A stretch of DNA of 54,832 nt. Origin: a virus. Taxonomy: Duplodnaviria > Caudoviricetes. The DNA lies in IMG/VR virus record IMGVR_UViG_3300037124_000029, positions 1 to 54,832 of that record. One strand, written 5' to 3'. The notes below the pieces were generated by a model. That model saw nothing but the letters and a program-made list of their open reading frames with translations. It searched no databases and was not told the origin of the DNA. This document shows, piece by piece, positions 36,834 to 44,866 of this stretch. Position 1 is the first letter of the stretch. Each line of letters starts with the position of its first letter. The translations under genes and the position numbers were made by a program.

Positions 36834-37142
36834 TTATTGCCTATAAAGGCAATCCATGTCATGTGCATCTTCAAACCCATCGCACCCGACCTCTACCTCT
36901 TGTGAAATCTCTTTTACCGTGTCGTCATCATTCAATATAACCGTAACCCTCCATGCTCTTGAGTCCATGGTAAGCGCACCCTTGGTAACTCTAATACAAC
37001 TTGGTCTTAAGGCATGTATGTAGTTTAATATCGGCTGTCCCCACCCCCATCCGTATAGGAATTTAAGAGGTTCTATTGTTGTCCGGCTTATGCTATTTGG
37101 TTGTTCGTATGCAACAAAGCATTTGTTTGTATAATCTTTCAT
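36834..37142 (-). CDS. Peptidase-inhibitor I78/potato-I-like protein
   Basis: IRVTKGALTMDSRAWRVTVILNDDDTVKEI resembles the R...TMDxRxxR reactive-loop pattern. Confidence 0.5.
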   Translation of the reverse strand: MKDYTNKCFVAYEQPNSISRTTIEPLKFLYGWGWGQPILNYIHALRPSCIRVTKGALTMDSRAWRVTVILNDDDTVKEISQEVEVGCDGFEDAHDMDCLYRQ

Positions 37143-37405
37143 TTACGTACAATTTTGTAGCCATGATCATTCAAGTATTCAAGTATTCCAGAAGCTAATT
37201 TGGTGCACTCATATGTGAAAAAATTTCCTGTGCCGTGTAAGGCATTTTCTATCGGTTCTCTAACTTCTTCTTCGGAAGGTAACGATATTGTCGGAAATAA
37301 TTTTACTACCTCCTGCTTTAGCTCTGTAAGTATCTCGTTAACTTCATCGCCATCAAATTTAGCGCATTCGTTAACATTGTGTGTTTCAAATAATTTTTCT
37401 ATCAT
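37139..37405 (-). CDS. Hypothetical protein
   Basis: Co-oriented, ATGA overlap. Confidence 0.6.
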   Translation of the reverse strand: MIEKLFETHNVNECAKFDGDEVNEILTELKQEVVKLFPTISLPSEEEVREPIENALHGTGNFFTYECTKLASGILEYLNDHGYKIVRK

Positions 37406-37422
37406 TATTGTTTTTATGGTTA

Positions 37423-37665
37423 TTAAAATTCAAGGTTAGGAAAATACCTCCAATGTGTTACATTTTTAACCGACATTGTGTTCAGCAGTCTTTCTGAATT
37501 AATTTCCCCGTTAGGGTAGACAAACAATTTGTTCTCGATAAACCAGGCTTTTTTAACGTCGCAATAAAACCCGGTTTTTACCCAACCATCGGTTTTATTA
37601 CAAATAAAACAAAGCTTGTAACATGTTGGCCTTTTTTTTGCTGACTTCCACTTTTTTGTTTTCAT
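37423..37665 (-). CDS. DUF551-like protein
   Basis: WKSAKKRP...NVTHWRYFP. Confidence 0.65.
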   Translation of the reverse strand: MKTKKWKSAKKRPTCYKLCFICNKTDGWVKTGFYCDVKKAWFIENKLFVYPNGEINSERLLNTMSVKNVTHWRYFPNLEF

Positions 37666-37675
37666 GTTTTTTTTG

Positions 37676-37969
37676 TTAACAACCTAAATCAGGAACATCA
37701 TCTTCGTACAGGATCACCATGCCTAACTCCTCAGCTATAGCCTGCTCGAATCTGGCCACTATAGAATCTTTCCAATTTTTCTGCATGTAAATATAAGAGC
37801 AGTCCTTCAAAATCCCTACTATCTCGGGTTGGGTCAATTGCAATTCCACTGTGTTTATCACCACGTAACCTGAGTTGGCAAGTTCCCTTGCTGATTTGTC
37901 AAAATTCATCCTGACCTCATCCCGGGTAAGCCCGGATCTTTTGCCGCTTATGTATACCTTATCTGCCAT
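37676..37969 (-). CDS. DUF4406-like protein
   Basis: KVYISG..SGL...F...CSYIYMQKNWKDSIVARFE..IA..LG. Confidence 0.75.
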   Translation of the reverse strand: MADKVYISGKRSGLTRDEVRMNFDKSARELANSGYVVINTVELQLTQPEIVGILKDCSYIYMQKNWKDSIVARFEQAIAEELGMVILYEDDVPDLGC

Positions 37970-37989
37970 AATTTTGTTTTATTAACGTG

Positions 37990-38328
37990 TTAGAGTGCAT
38001 TTTGCCCTAAATTAGTTGGGCATTTATCATTTGTACACATGCTTTTAACAATTCCGTCTTCTAGAGGTTCCCAACAAACTTGGCAAAACGCGCGCTTCGT
38101 TGTTTCTGTTTCTGTCCCTGCAGAACCTTCCATTATTGCCAGATATTTATCAATAGTGTTCATGTCTGGGTTGTCTTTTTCAAGCTCTTCTTTAGCTAAT
38201 AAATGCAGGTTGTGCATATAGCTTTTATGACCTTTATACCCGAATGCAATTCTGACAGTATGTTGCATTTCAAAAGCTGCTACGCTAATAGTAAAAAACT
38301 TTCTGAGTGTATCAATTGTTTTTTCCAT
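37990..38328 (-). CDS. Hypothetical protein with C-terminal Zn-ribbon
   Basis: CQVC...CTNDKC; stop lies inside CTCTAAC. Confidence 0.6.
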   Translation of the reverse strand: MEKTIDTLRKFFTISVAAFEMQHTVRIAFGYKGHKSYMHNLHLLAKEELEKDNPDMNTIDKYLAIMEGSAGTETETTKRAFCQVCWEPLEDGIVKSMCTNDKCPTNLGQNAL

Positions 38329-38617
38329 CCTTGTCTTTATCAGTTACAGCATTCAAAAAATCCATAAAATCAACATAATAAACAGCCCTATCCATCTCAT
38401 CAACCCAACTAACAATCTTGCTAGAAACACCTAAGCAAAATGGAAATTTATTTATTGTTCTCATGAATCCGGCTACTTCTTTGCCTTGTTCATCGCACCA
38501 GGCTAACACGTAAGCCAATTCTGCCTTATTGTTACACACAATTACTGAGTTATGTACCTTTAAAAAATCAATTGTTTTGTCTTTTGTTGTCATATATCTT
38601 GTTTTTACGTTACACAT
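38312..38617 (-). CDS. Hypothetical protein
   Basis: Co-oriented ORF. Confidence 0.6.
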   Translation of the reverse strand: MCNVKTRYMTTKDKTIDFLKVHNSVIVCNNKAELAYVLAWCDEQGKEVAGFMRTINKFPFCLGVSSKIVSWVDEMDRAVYYVDFMDFLNAVTDKDKDGKNN

Positions 38618-39077
38618 TCACAAAATGTACCGAGTTGAAACCTATACAGGGGATTTCTTTTAAGAATACCCTTGTATCCCAATTCGTTACATGAGTATGC
38701 AGAACAGTATATGTTCTGTTAATTTCCAAATGCTTATTTGCGAGTTCTTTATCGAATTCATCACCATTTTTCCCGGTATACTTTACTTTGTAGTCTTCTT
38801 TAGAATGTATATCCATTGTTCCGTCAAGTTCGCAAACAAATTCATCTTTATCTGTTGCTGTTTTTTCATCCGTACTTTTTGCGACGGGACAAATCGAATC
38901 CTTAAACTTTCGATACGCTTCTTTGATATCGTCTACAACTTGTATATAGGCAAATGCCTCATCTGGTTGATCTGATAATTCAGCAGCGCAAACCTGACGA
39001 TTATAGAGATACTTGTAAAGATCGTTAATCTTATCAAGCGTTTGTTTGTGATATTTATCAATTTTGTTTTTTCTCAT
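38610..39077 (-). CDS. Hypothetical protein
   Basis: Co-oriented ORF ending FNSVHF. Confidence 0.65.
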   Translation of the reverse strand: MRKNKIDKYHKQTLDKINDLYKYLYNRQVCAAELSDQPDEAFAYIQVVDDIKEAYRKFKDSICPVAKSTDEKTATDKDEFVCELDGTMDIHSKEDYKVKYTGKNGDEFDKELANKHLEINRTYTVLHTHVTNWDTRVFLKEIPCIGFNSVHFVNV

Positions 39078-39250
39078 GGTTCATGTTTTAATATTCCTGT
39101 ATTTCCCGGATCTTTGATGCTGCTATTGCCAGACCTGTACCGTCCTCCCTGCTGAAAAACCACAGCTCGAACTTTTTTCTGTACCGGGCGCGATCATAAC
39201 CTGAATAAACTTTCCCTGTTTTGGTTATTACTTCGTACATATTTATCAAT

Positions 39251-39505
39251 TTAAGATATATTTATTTGCATTTGGGATTCGTTGTCATTCTCATCTTTAA
39301 AAATAATCTGGTGCCCTTTATTTCTGTGTTCCAAAATCACTCTGGCACACTTTAATGCAATAGCAATTACACGAGTCTTATTGCTCTCACCAATAACTGC
39401 TGAAATGTATTCAACATTTTTAACGCTCTTCTGGTTTAGTGCTAAACTCACCTTTTTAAGACCGCTTGAATCGGGAGTGTTTTTTGTCTCTGGTTCTTCG
39501 TACAT
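39251..39505 (-). CDS. Putative ribbon-helix-helix DNA-binding protein
   Basis: Paralogue of 2416..2649 (KVSL.L..KS...IGE..TRV...AL..A). Confidence 0.5.
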   Translation of the reverse strand: MYEEPETKNTPDSSGLKKVSLALNQKSVKNVEYISAVIGESNKTRVIAIALKCARVILEHRNKGHQIIFKDENDNESQMQINIS

Positions 39506-39650
39506 GGTTATGATTGTTGTTTTGTTGTTGAATTAATTATTCTGCTTATTGTAGAAACAATTTTTTTTATCTCTTCCCTAGAATAAAAAGCAAGGTTATC
39601 AACATACACCTCTCCTGTTTTCTTATATCTTAAATCAGATTCCGCCATAA

Positions 39651-39902
39651 CTAAATGTTTTCAAGGTGATTAATAAACTGCTCAATTTCGCTTTTTAACA
39701 ATTTCATCTTATCCAGAAAATCTTTGTCGCTGTCATCGCTTGTTTTGTGTAATCTTACTTTATTTCGACAATCAGCTATCTCTAGAAATCTCTGGGTGTA
39801 TTCTTCTTTAGTATCTAAGTCTGTCACTTTTCCATCGAAAGCCACAATAGATCCGGTCGAATCACAGGTCTCTGAATTTAGCCAAGTTCGTTTGTTGTAC
39901 AT
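39651..39902 (-). CDS. Phage hypothetical protein
   Basis: RTWLN...LEIADCRNKVRLH...FLDKM. Confidence 0.7.
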   Translation of the reverse strand: MYNKRTWLNSETCDSTGSIVAFDGKVTDLDTKEEYTQRFLEIADCRNKVRLHKTSDDSDKDFLDKMKLLKSEIEQFINHLENI

Positions 39903-40230
39903 ATTTATTCGATTGGTTTTATCAAAGTTATTTCTGCTTTGTCATTTAAGAAAGGGTTATCAATATCAATGTCACCTTCTTCGTATAGGCAGAAGCCTAG
40001 ATAAGCGAATAATTCGGCTTGGGAATGATCCCCTTCTGTTTCTATTGTTATTTTTGCTTTCATGTTGCATTAGTTTTCGTTTATTTGATCCTCATCCTCC
40101 CCAAGTTCCTTAGCATTTATACGGCTTATCGTTTCTTCGTCCCGCATTATGACGACATCCTTTTTTAACTGTTCTTCGTTTAATGAATTACAGAAATCTT
40201 TTAGTTGTTTCCAATACATATTTTTCGGCT

Positions 40231-40527
40231 TTATAAAACTTTTTCTACGTTTTGTAAAAATATTGTAGTTATCTCACCTCCCCGGTAAGGTTTCATGGCT
40301 TTGTTTAAACGATCGCACTTATACTGTATCATGTAAGTCTGTCTACGTACATTTACTTTTATTATAATATCCGTCACTTTACCAATTTGGTAATGATCTT
40401 GCAAAATATACCCTTTTTTGTAAGGGTTTCTTTCTTTAGCTTCTTCTAATATTAGATTATATACAGACTCTTCATATATGGTCTGCAATGCTTCCAACTT
40501 TTCTTTTGTTGTTACTGATACCTCCAT
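40231..40527 (-). CDS. Hypothetical protein
   Basis: Co-oriented ORF. Confidence 0.6.
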   Translation of the reverse strand: MEVSVTTKEKLEALQTIYEESVYNLILEEAKERNPYKKGYILQDHYQIGKVTDIIIKVNVRRQTYMIQYKCDRLNKAMKPYRGGEITTIFLQNVEKVL

Positions 40528-40528
40528 T

Positions 40529-40744
40529 TTACATGCTTATTGTCTGCCAAATTAGAAATCCTAAATAAATTATAGTTACCCCTGCAAAAATCAGGGTGGA
40601 TGCCGGATCGCTGCCGGAATTTAGCTCTTTGTATTCTTCGCTTTTATTAAACTCCTTAACCATTTCATCTGTTTTTGGAAGGGTACCGGTGTTTACGCCT
40701 TTTTTTAACTGCCATTCAAAGGCTTTTTTTATCAATTCATCCAT
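40529..40744 (-). CDS. Hypothetical protein with C-terminal TM
   Basis: Hydrophobic C-terminus. Confidence 0.6.
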   Translation of the reverse strand: MDELIKKAFEWQLKKGVNTGTLPKTDEMVKEFNKSEEYKELNSGSDPASTLIFAGVTIIYLGFLIWQTISM

Positions 40745-40771
40745 AATACTTTTTTTACGTGTTTTATATAA

Positions 40772-41023
40772 TCAAAATGGAAGATCCTTAAAAAAAAACG
40801 ATCTGTACCAATAGTGTATCCTTATAGGCAAATATTTAATCCACCACCAAGCCCTGCGAAAAGGTATTCCATTATAAAACCTATCGTAGTCATAATATTC
40901 ATGCATTCCGCACCTGTCGCAGATACAATATACACGATCTGTTGTTTCGCTGATTTTATGACCAAACAGCCAGCAAATTATATTTCTTTTTACCTTTTTA
41001 GTTTTTTTATCCATATCATACAA
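40772..41023 (-). CDS. Small Cys/His protein (CWLFGHK...CDRCG)
   Basis: Common phage small-ORF motif. Confidence 0.6.
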   Translation of the reverse strand: MYDMDKKTKKVKRNIICWLFGHKISETTDRVYCICDRCGMHEYYDYDRFYNGIPFRRAWWWIKYLPIRIHYWYRSFFFKDLPF

Positions 41024-41867
41024 GTTTATAATTATTTTCCGTCATTTGTATTGTTTTGAAAATTTCATATGCCACTTGAGGGACTATTGCGTTTCCGTAA
41101 GCCTTTATGCTTTCCCGTCTCCACTTTGAAAAGGCAATTCTGTCCAGCCCGGTGGAAATCCCATCATTTCGGCCACAAACCGGGGATTGAGTTGGGAAGT
41201 TTTGCCAGTCATGTTTCTCGAAATCTTGACCAAACTGTCCTGTTTTTCTTTCCCTGTTACTTTTTCCCCCGAATCGCTGGCCATCGGTGTCGGAAGCAAG
41301 ATTTTTGAATACTCTGGACGTTTCGAACGTTGATATTTCGCTTGTACGAAATCCTGATATGTTTCCATAGAATTTGTCGGAGTGGGCAACAAACCAGACC
41401 CGGTCCCTGCGATGCGGCGCGCCAACGGCACAAGCTGGAAGTATAACCGGTTGTACTTCGTAGCCTTGAGCTTCCAAGTCAGATTGCACCTCGTTGAAAA
41501 CCAGTCCCCCGTTCCAATTAACAATTCCATGAACGTTTTCCGCCACAATGTAGCTTGGCGAAATTTCCCGAATTGCTCTAAGCATTTCTGGCCAGAGATG
41601 TCGTTCATCTTCTTTACCTTTCCTTTTTCCCGCAACGCTGAACGGCTGGCAGGGGAATCCTCCTGTGAGGATGTCAATTTGTCCTCTCCAAAAAGAGAAG
41701 TCTGTTTGTGTGATATCTTCATAACTTGTCGCATTTGGCCAATAATATTTAAGCACATTTCGTCCGAACTCATCCAATTCGCAATTAAAAACGTTGTTCC
41801 AGCCTATCCAATCGGCCGCTAAATCGAAACCGCCGATCCCGCTAAATAAAGAAGCGTGATTAATCAT
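41016..41867 (-). CDS. DNA cytosine-C5 methyltransferase, main (alpha-like) chain
   Basis: FSGIGG (I), GFPCQPFS (IV), ENV (VI), HRRDR (VIII), YGNAI (X); no clear motif IX in this frame. Confidence 0.92.
   Translation of the reverse strand: MINHASLFSGIGGFDLAADWIGWNNVFNCELDEFGRNVLKYYWPNATSYEDITQTDFSFWRGQIDILTGGFPCQPFSVAGKRKGKEDERHLWPEMLRAIREISPSYIVAENVHGIVNWNGGLVFNEVQSDLEAQGYEVQPVILPACAVGAPHRRDRVWFVAHSDKFYGNISGFRTSEISTFETSRVFKNLASDTDGQRFGGKSNRERKTGQFGQDFEKHDWQNFPTQSPVCGRNDGISTGLDRIAFSKWRRESIKAYGNAIVPQVAYEIFKTIQMTENNYKLV
41105..41773 (-). CDS. Nested alternative-frame ORF, putative beta chain of the C5 methyltransferase
   Basis: LLPTPTNS/LLPTPMASD TRD-like segments and LNPRFVAEMMGFPPGWT (motif IX-like). 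Confidence 0.7.
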   Translation of the reverse strand: MSSDEMCLNIIGQMRQVMKISHKQTSLFGEDKLTSSQEDSPASRSALREKGKVKKMNDISGQKCLEQFGKFRQATLWRKTFMELLIGTGDWFSTRCNLTWKLKATKYNRLYFQLVPLARRIAGTGSGLLPTPTNSMETYQDFVQAKYQRSKRPEYSKILLPTPMASDSGEKVTGKEKQDSLVKISRNMTGKTSQLNPRFVAEMMGFPPGWTELPFQSGDGKA

Positions 41868-41896
41868 TACACAAGTTTATAATTATTTTCTTTGGT

Positions 41897-42118
41897 TCAT
41901 TTTATTTGAAATTGTACTCGCAATGCGGAAGGACTTAATAATCCTGTACATCTGCTGCTTAATTCTATTATACGCATGCATTCCTGTTCGAACAAATCCT
42001 CGTCTGTTGTGTTCAGAATCACATCTACCTCCGCTACGAGACTTCTTGTTTCATAAATATTGAACCTGCTGGCAACGGCTGTTTTTTTAGCTATTTTTTC
42101 TTTTTGGTTGTCTGTCAT
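41897..42118 (-). CDS. Hypothetical protein
   Basis: Co-oriented ORF. Confidence 0.55.
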   Translation of the reverse strand: MTDNQKEKIAKKTAVASRFNIYETRSLVAEVDVILNTTDEDLFEQECMRIIELSSRCTGLLSPSALRVQFQIK

Positions 42119-42356
42119 GCTTGTATCCTTTAAAATTCGATTTTAGCTGTTTTTTTATAAGGGTGTACGTTTCGTCGAATGATATGTTGTGTAGGTGACT
42201 ACCTTCAACTATCATCGTTATAGCAGCTCCCCGGATATCTTCCGGAATGTTTTCTAGAGATACCCAGATTTCCATTGGAAGGTTATTTATGCACTTCCTT
42301 GCTTTTCCTAAAGAGGTTGGGCTTATTTGTTTGTTCATTTTGCTTTGTAGGATCAT
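42087..42356 (-). CDS. Hypothetical protein
   Basis: Co-oriented ORF. Confidence 0.55.
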   Translation of the reverse strand: MILQSKMNKQISPTSLGKARKCINNLPMEIWVSLENIPEDIRGAAITMIVEGSHLHNISFDETYTLIKKQLKSNFKGYKHDRQPKRKNS

Positions 42357-42437
42357 AACCTAACAGTTAGTTTTTTTTAATTCAAGTTCTCTGCCAGTAA
42401 GCGCAAAAAATAGATTTTGCAAATCATGTATAGTGCA

Positions 42438-42695
42438 TTAGAGTCCTAAAGCTTTTCGGATTTTGTATTGTGCATCTTCAAAGCCTTGGTTTTTTGCTCG
42501 GTGCGCTGTGTAACTAAACACCCCCGCTAAAGTTGAGAAATCAAATTTGCAATTTTCATTACTACCATAAAACTCATACCCTTCTTCATCATAAAGAACT
42601 ATATGCCCATCTCCCACATCTTCAAAATTAAATCCGAAAAGGGTATGTACTAAATCTTGTTGTTCTTCCTGTGTAAGTTTCTTTGTAAGTATCAT
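42438..42695 (-). CDS. Hypothetical protein
   Basis: Starts right after a conserved attC-left-arm-like element. Confidence 0.7.
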   Translation of the reverse strand: MILTKKLTQEEQQDLVHTLFGFNFEDVGDGHIVLYDEEGYEFYGSNENCKFDFSTLAGVFSYTAHRAKNQGFEDAQYKIRKALGL

Positions 42696-42742
42696 TCTGT
42701 CTTATTGTTTTGTTCGTTATAGTACATTACGTTTATTCTCGT

Positions 42743-42838
42743 GTTGTAAGTAATTGATTATTCGTCAAATCCTACACTCCCCATTTGCTCTATCTGCTTT
42801 TTCAGTTCTTCATTTTCTTTTTGCAAACTACTTACAAC
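42743..42838 (-). mobile_element. 96-bp cassette bounded by complementary core/inverse-core sites
   Basis: + strand gttgtaagta (42743) and tacttacaac (42829-42838), a 10/10 inverted match; encodes the C-terminus of 42758..43036. Confidence 0.55.
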
Positions 42839-43036
42839 AATGTTTGTAGGCAAAGATTTTTTGTTTATTTCAACATCAAGATCCAAGGGCCCCAGGAATT
42901 GTTTTAGCCATTCGACTTTGTTCTCTACAGTAGAGAGTTTTGAGGCAAAGTCTTTTGGCTTATAGCCCCTTTCTTTACAAAAGGAAGCCTTACTACCGTA
43001 AAGCTCCTTTATTTTTCGTTCGATAAGTTTAATCAT
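42758..43036 (-). CDS. HTH-like protein with cassette-derived C-terminal tail
   Basis: GSKASFCKERG HTH-like start; reads through GTT GTA AGT. Confidence 0.6.
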   Translation of the reverse strand: MIKLIERKIKELYGSKASFCKERGYKPKDFASKLSTVENKVEWLKQFLGPLDLDVEINKKSLPTNIVVSSLQKENEELKKQIEQMGSVGFDE

Positions 43037-43263
43037 CAGGCTATTTGAGTTTCAGTCCCGTTTAATAAAAAAGCATATATTTTATTTCCTCTTTTATATA
43101 CTTGATCAACATTGCTGTCATTGAAAGCTTCAATAATAGCTTGTTTTTTCACTTCGCCTAATCTGCTTTTCTTCCATCCAGTGCGAGTTACATTACCAAA
43201 TGTTCCGTTTCCTTTAGTGCTGAAGCTTGGATTTTTTTCTGATGTTTCAAATAAAGTTTTCAT
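43036..43263 (-). CDS. Hypothetical protein
   Basis: TGATG-coupled to the downstream gene. Confidence 0.65.
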   Translation of the reverse strand: MKTLFETSEKNPSFSTKGNGTFGNVTRTGWKKSRLGEVKKQAIIEAFNDSNVDQVYKRGNKIYAFLLNGTETQIA

Positions 43264-43361
43264 GACTTGTATTTTTTGGTTTGTCGAGGAAAATCCCTCA
43301 TTGTTTCTTTAACAAATATCGGGATTATTTTCCGAATAAAAAAACTTTTTCGGGTTTTTTT

Positions 43362-43871
43362 TCAGATTTTTTTCATTGCAAGCAATTCACGGGCTGCCTC
43401 GTTGGTGTTTATGTCAATAGCCAAGCCTTTCTTTATTAGGCCATGAACATCGAAATGCCATTGTAAAATAGTCTTTGTCCACCAGTATGGCATATCGCCT
43501 AAATTTGAATACTCTCCCCCATCAAGATCAATTGAACTACATATTTTAAACCATTGTTTTTCTGAAACAAAGGATTTTAAAGTGTCGTAAGGGATAAACT
43601 TTATCCCATCAAACTCTATTTCTTTGTCTATATCCGACAATGGCCGGAGTAGAGGTTTTATTTCATCAATAAAATAATCGACCGGCATATCATCTTTTTC
43701 AAACATTACTCCAACGCTGGATGTGTAATCAACACAACTCCTCATTCGGCCTATTTTATAACCAAGTTGCTTTCCTTCTTCAGTACATGTTCTTGTGCAG
43801 ATTTGTAACAGAATACCGTTATCCTCATCGATAGGATAACTTTTCAAAAGTTCTATACTTAATTGTTTCAT
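43362..43871 (-). CDS. Phage hypothetical protein
   Basis: IKPLLRPLSD...WHFDVHGLIKKGLAIDIN motif. Confidence 0.75.
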   Translation of the reverse strand: MKQLSIELLKSYPIDEDNGILLQICTRTCTEEGKQLGYKIGRMRSCVDYTSSVGVMFEKDDMPVDYFIDEIKPLLRPLSDIDKEIEFDGIKFIPYDTLKSFVSEKQWFKICSSIDLDGGEYSNLGDMPYWWTKTILQWHFDVHGLIKKGLAIDINTNEAARELLAMKKI

Positions 43872-43891
43872 GTTGGTAATAATTATTGTTT

Positions 43892-44098
43892 TCAGTTCTT
43901 TTTAAATCCTTTTAAGTGAATGCCTCTGCCTTCAATCTTTCTTATTTCTACGTCAAAATAACATTCGTACTTAGGTTTTGATACGAAGCCTTTTTTACTC
44001 CAACGGTAAATTGTCATTTCGCTAACGCCAATTATCCTGGCTGCTTCCGCATGACAACATTTTATAGCCTTTCTTTTCGATTTGTCAATTATTATCAT
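43892..44098 (-). CDS. Small HTH DNA-binding protein
   Basis: AEAARIIGVSEMTIYRW; promoter TTTG-N20-TAGCTTTG at 44123-44154. Confidence 0.75.
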   Translation of the reverse strand: MIIIDKSKRKAIKCCHAEAARIIGVSEMTIYRWSKKGFVSKPKYECYFDVEIRKIEGRGIHLKGFKKN

Positions 44099-44151
44099 TT
44101 TGTACTTGTGTGTTTATTTACACAAAGCTACAACATTTTTTTGGTTTTTTC

Positions 44152-44178
44152 AAAAAAAAGAGGGGCTTTAAACCCCTC
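44152..44178 (-). terminator. Rho-independent terminator
   Basis: GAGGGG-TTTAAAG-CCCCTC-TTTTTTTT. Confidence 0.8.
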
Positions 44179-44230
44179 CTCAGAAACCAACATAAAAACA
44201 AAATCCAGCGATAACTATCTATTGAAACCA
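44152..44230 (-). ncRNA. Candidate ~80-nt small RNA
   Basis: Promoter TTG-N19-TACCTTTA (44237-44266) and terminator GAGGGG/CCCCTC+U8 with no credible ORF between them; contains a U-rich segment antisense to phage mRNA leaders. Confidence 0.45.
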
Positions 44231-44309
44231 GAGTGGTAAAGGTAATAATAATGTTGTATTATACAATAGTTAAACACAACATTTTATAAAAAATAGCTGT
44301 AATTGTTAA

Positions 44310-44615
44310 TTATTTATATTCCCTATAAATCATTTCAAGGGCATTTTTATTTGCTTCCCCAGACAAAATGGCTTCAACCATTAAGTCGTATATATGCTTT
44401 TCTCCATTCACGGCATATTCTTCTTCATCTTCAAGTAGTACAATATCGGTTATGACATAATGAATTTTAACGTTGCTGAAATCTACCTGTTCTTCTTCAA
44501 ATAATATAGATACTTTTGCGGGGTAACCGTTTATGTCGATCTCTGTAGTATGTATCATTTCTTTTTTGCTTTTTCTAGTTATATCTAAAATAATATTTAT
44601 CCGGGCCAAAAACAC
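44310..44615 (-). CDS. Hypothetical acidic protein
   Basis: Co-oriented ORF; start probably at the internal ATG (MIHTTE). Confidence 0.55.
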   Translation of the reverse strand: MFLARINIILDITRKSKKEMIHTTEIDINGYPAKVSILFEEEQVDFSNVKIHYVITDIVLLEDEEEYAVNGEKHIYDLMVEAILSGEANKNALEMIYREYK

Positions 44616-44793
44616 ATAAATATAATTTAAGGCTTTTCCGCATTTTCCTTATAAAGGATGAATCTGACATATCAATGTAAATTGAATAAAAATAGTTTTT
44701 AATTGACTCCGGAACATTGATATCAGTAACCATATGATTTACTATCATATCAATAATTTCAGTTTTGCTGAATAATTTAGTAGGATGATTCAT
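44575..44793 (-). CDS. Hypothetical protein
   Basis: Preceded by TTG-N20-TATATTTG (44825-44855). Confidence 0.6.
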   Translation of the reverse strand: MNHPTKLFSKTEIIDMIVNHMVTDINVPESIKNYFYSIYIDMSDSSFIRKMRKSLKLYLCVFGPDKYYFRYN

Positions 44794-44866
44794 AATGTTT
44801 TTAGTTGGTTTTATATCGTATACGCAAATATATAAAAAATGTTACTGTATTGCAACGTAAAGATAA

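Noticed and set aside
37270-37305. Degenerate core junction in 37139..37405 (VVKLFPTISLP)
   Set aside because: Lacks GTTRRRY and a partner end; too decayed to support
44128-44193. 21-codon ORF inside the sRNA candidate
   Set aside because: U-rich rather than A-rich upstream context, and it runs through the terminator
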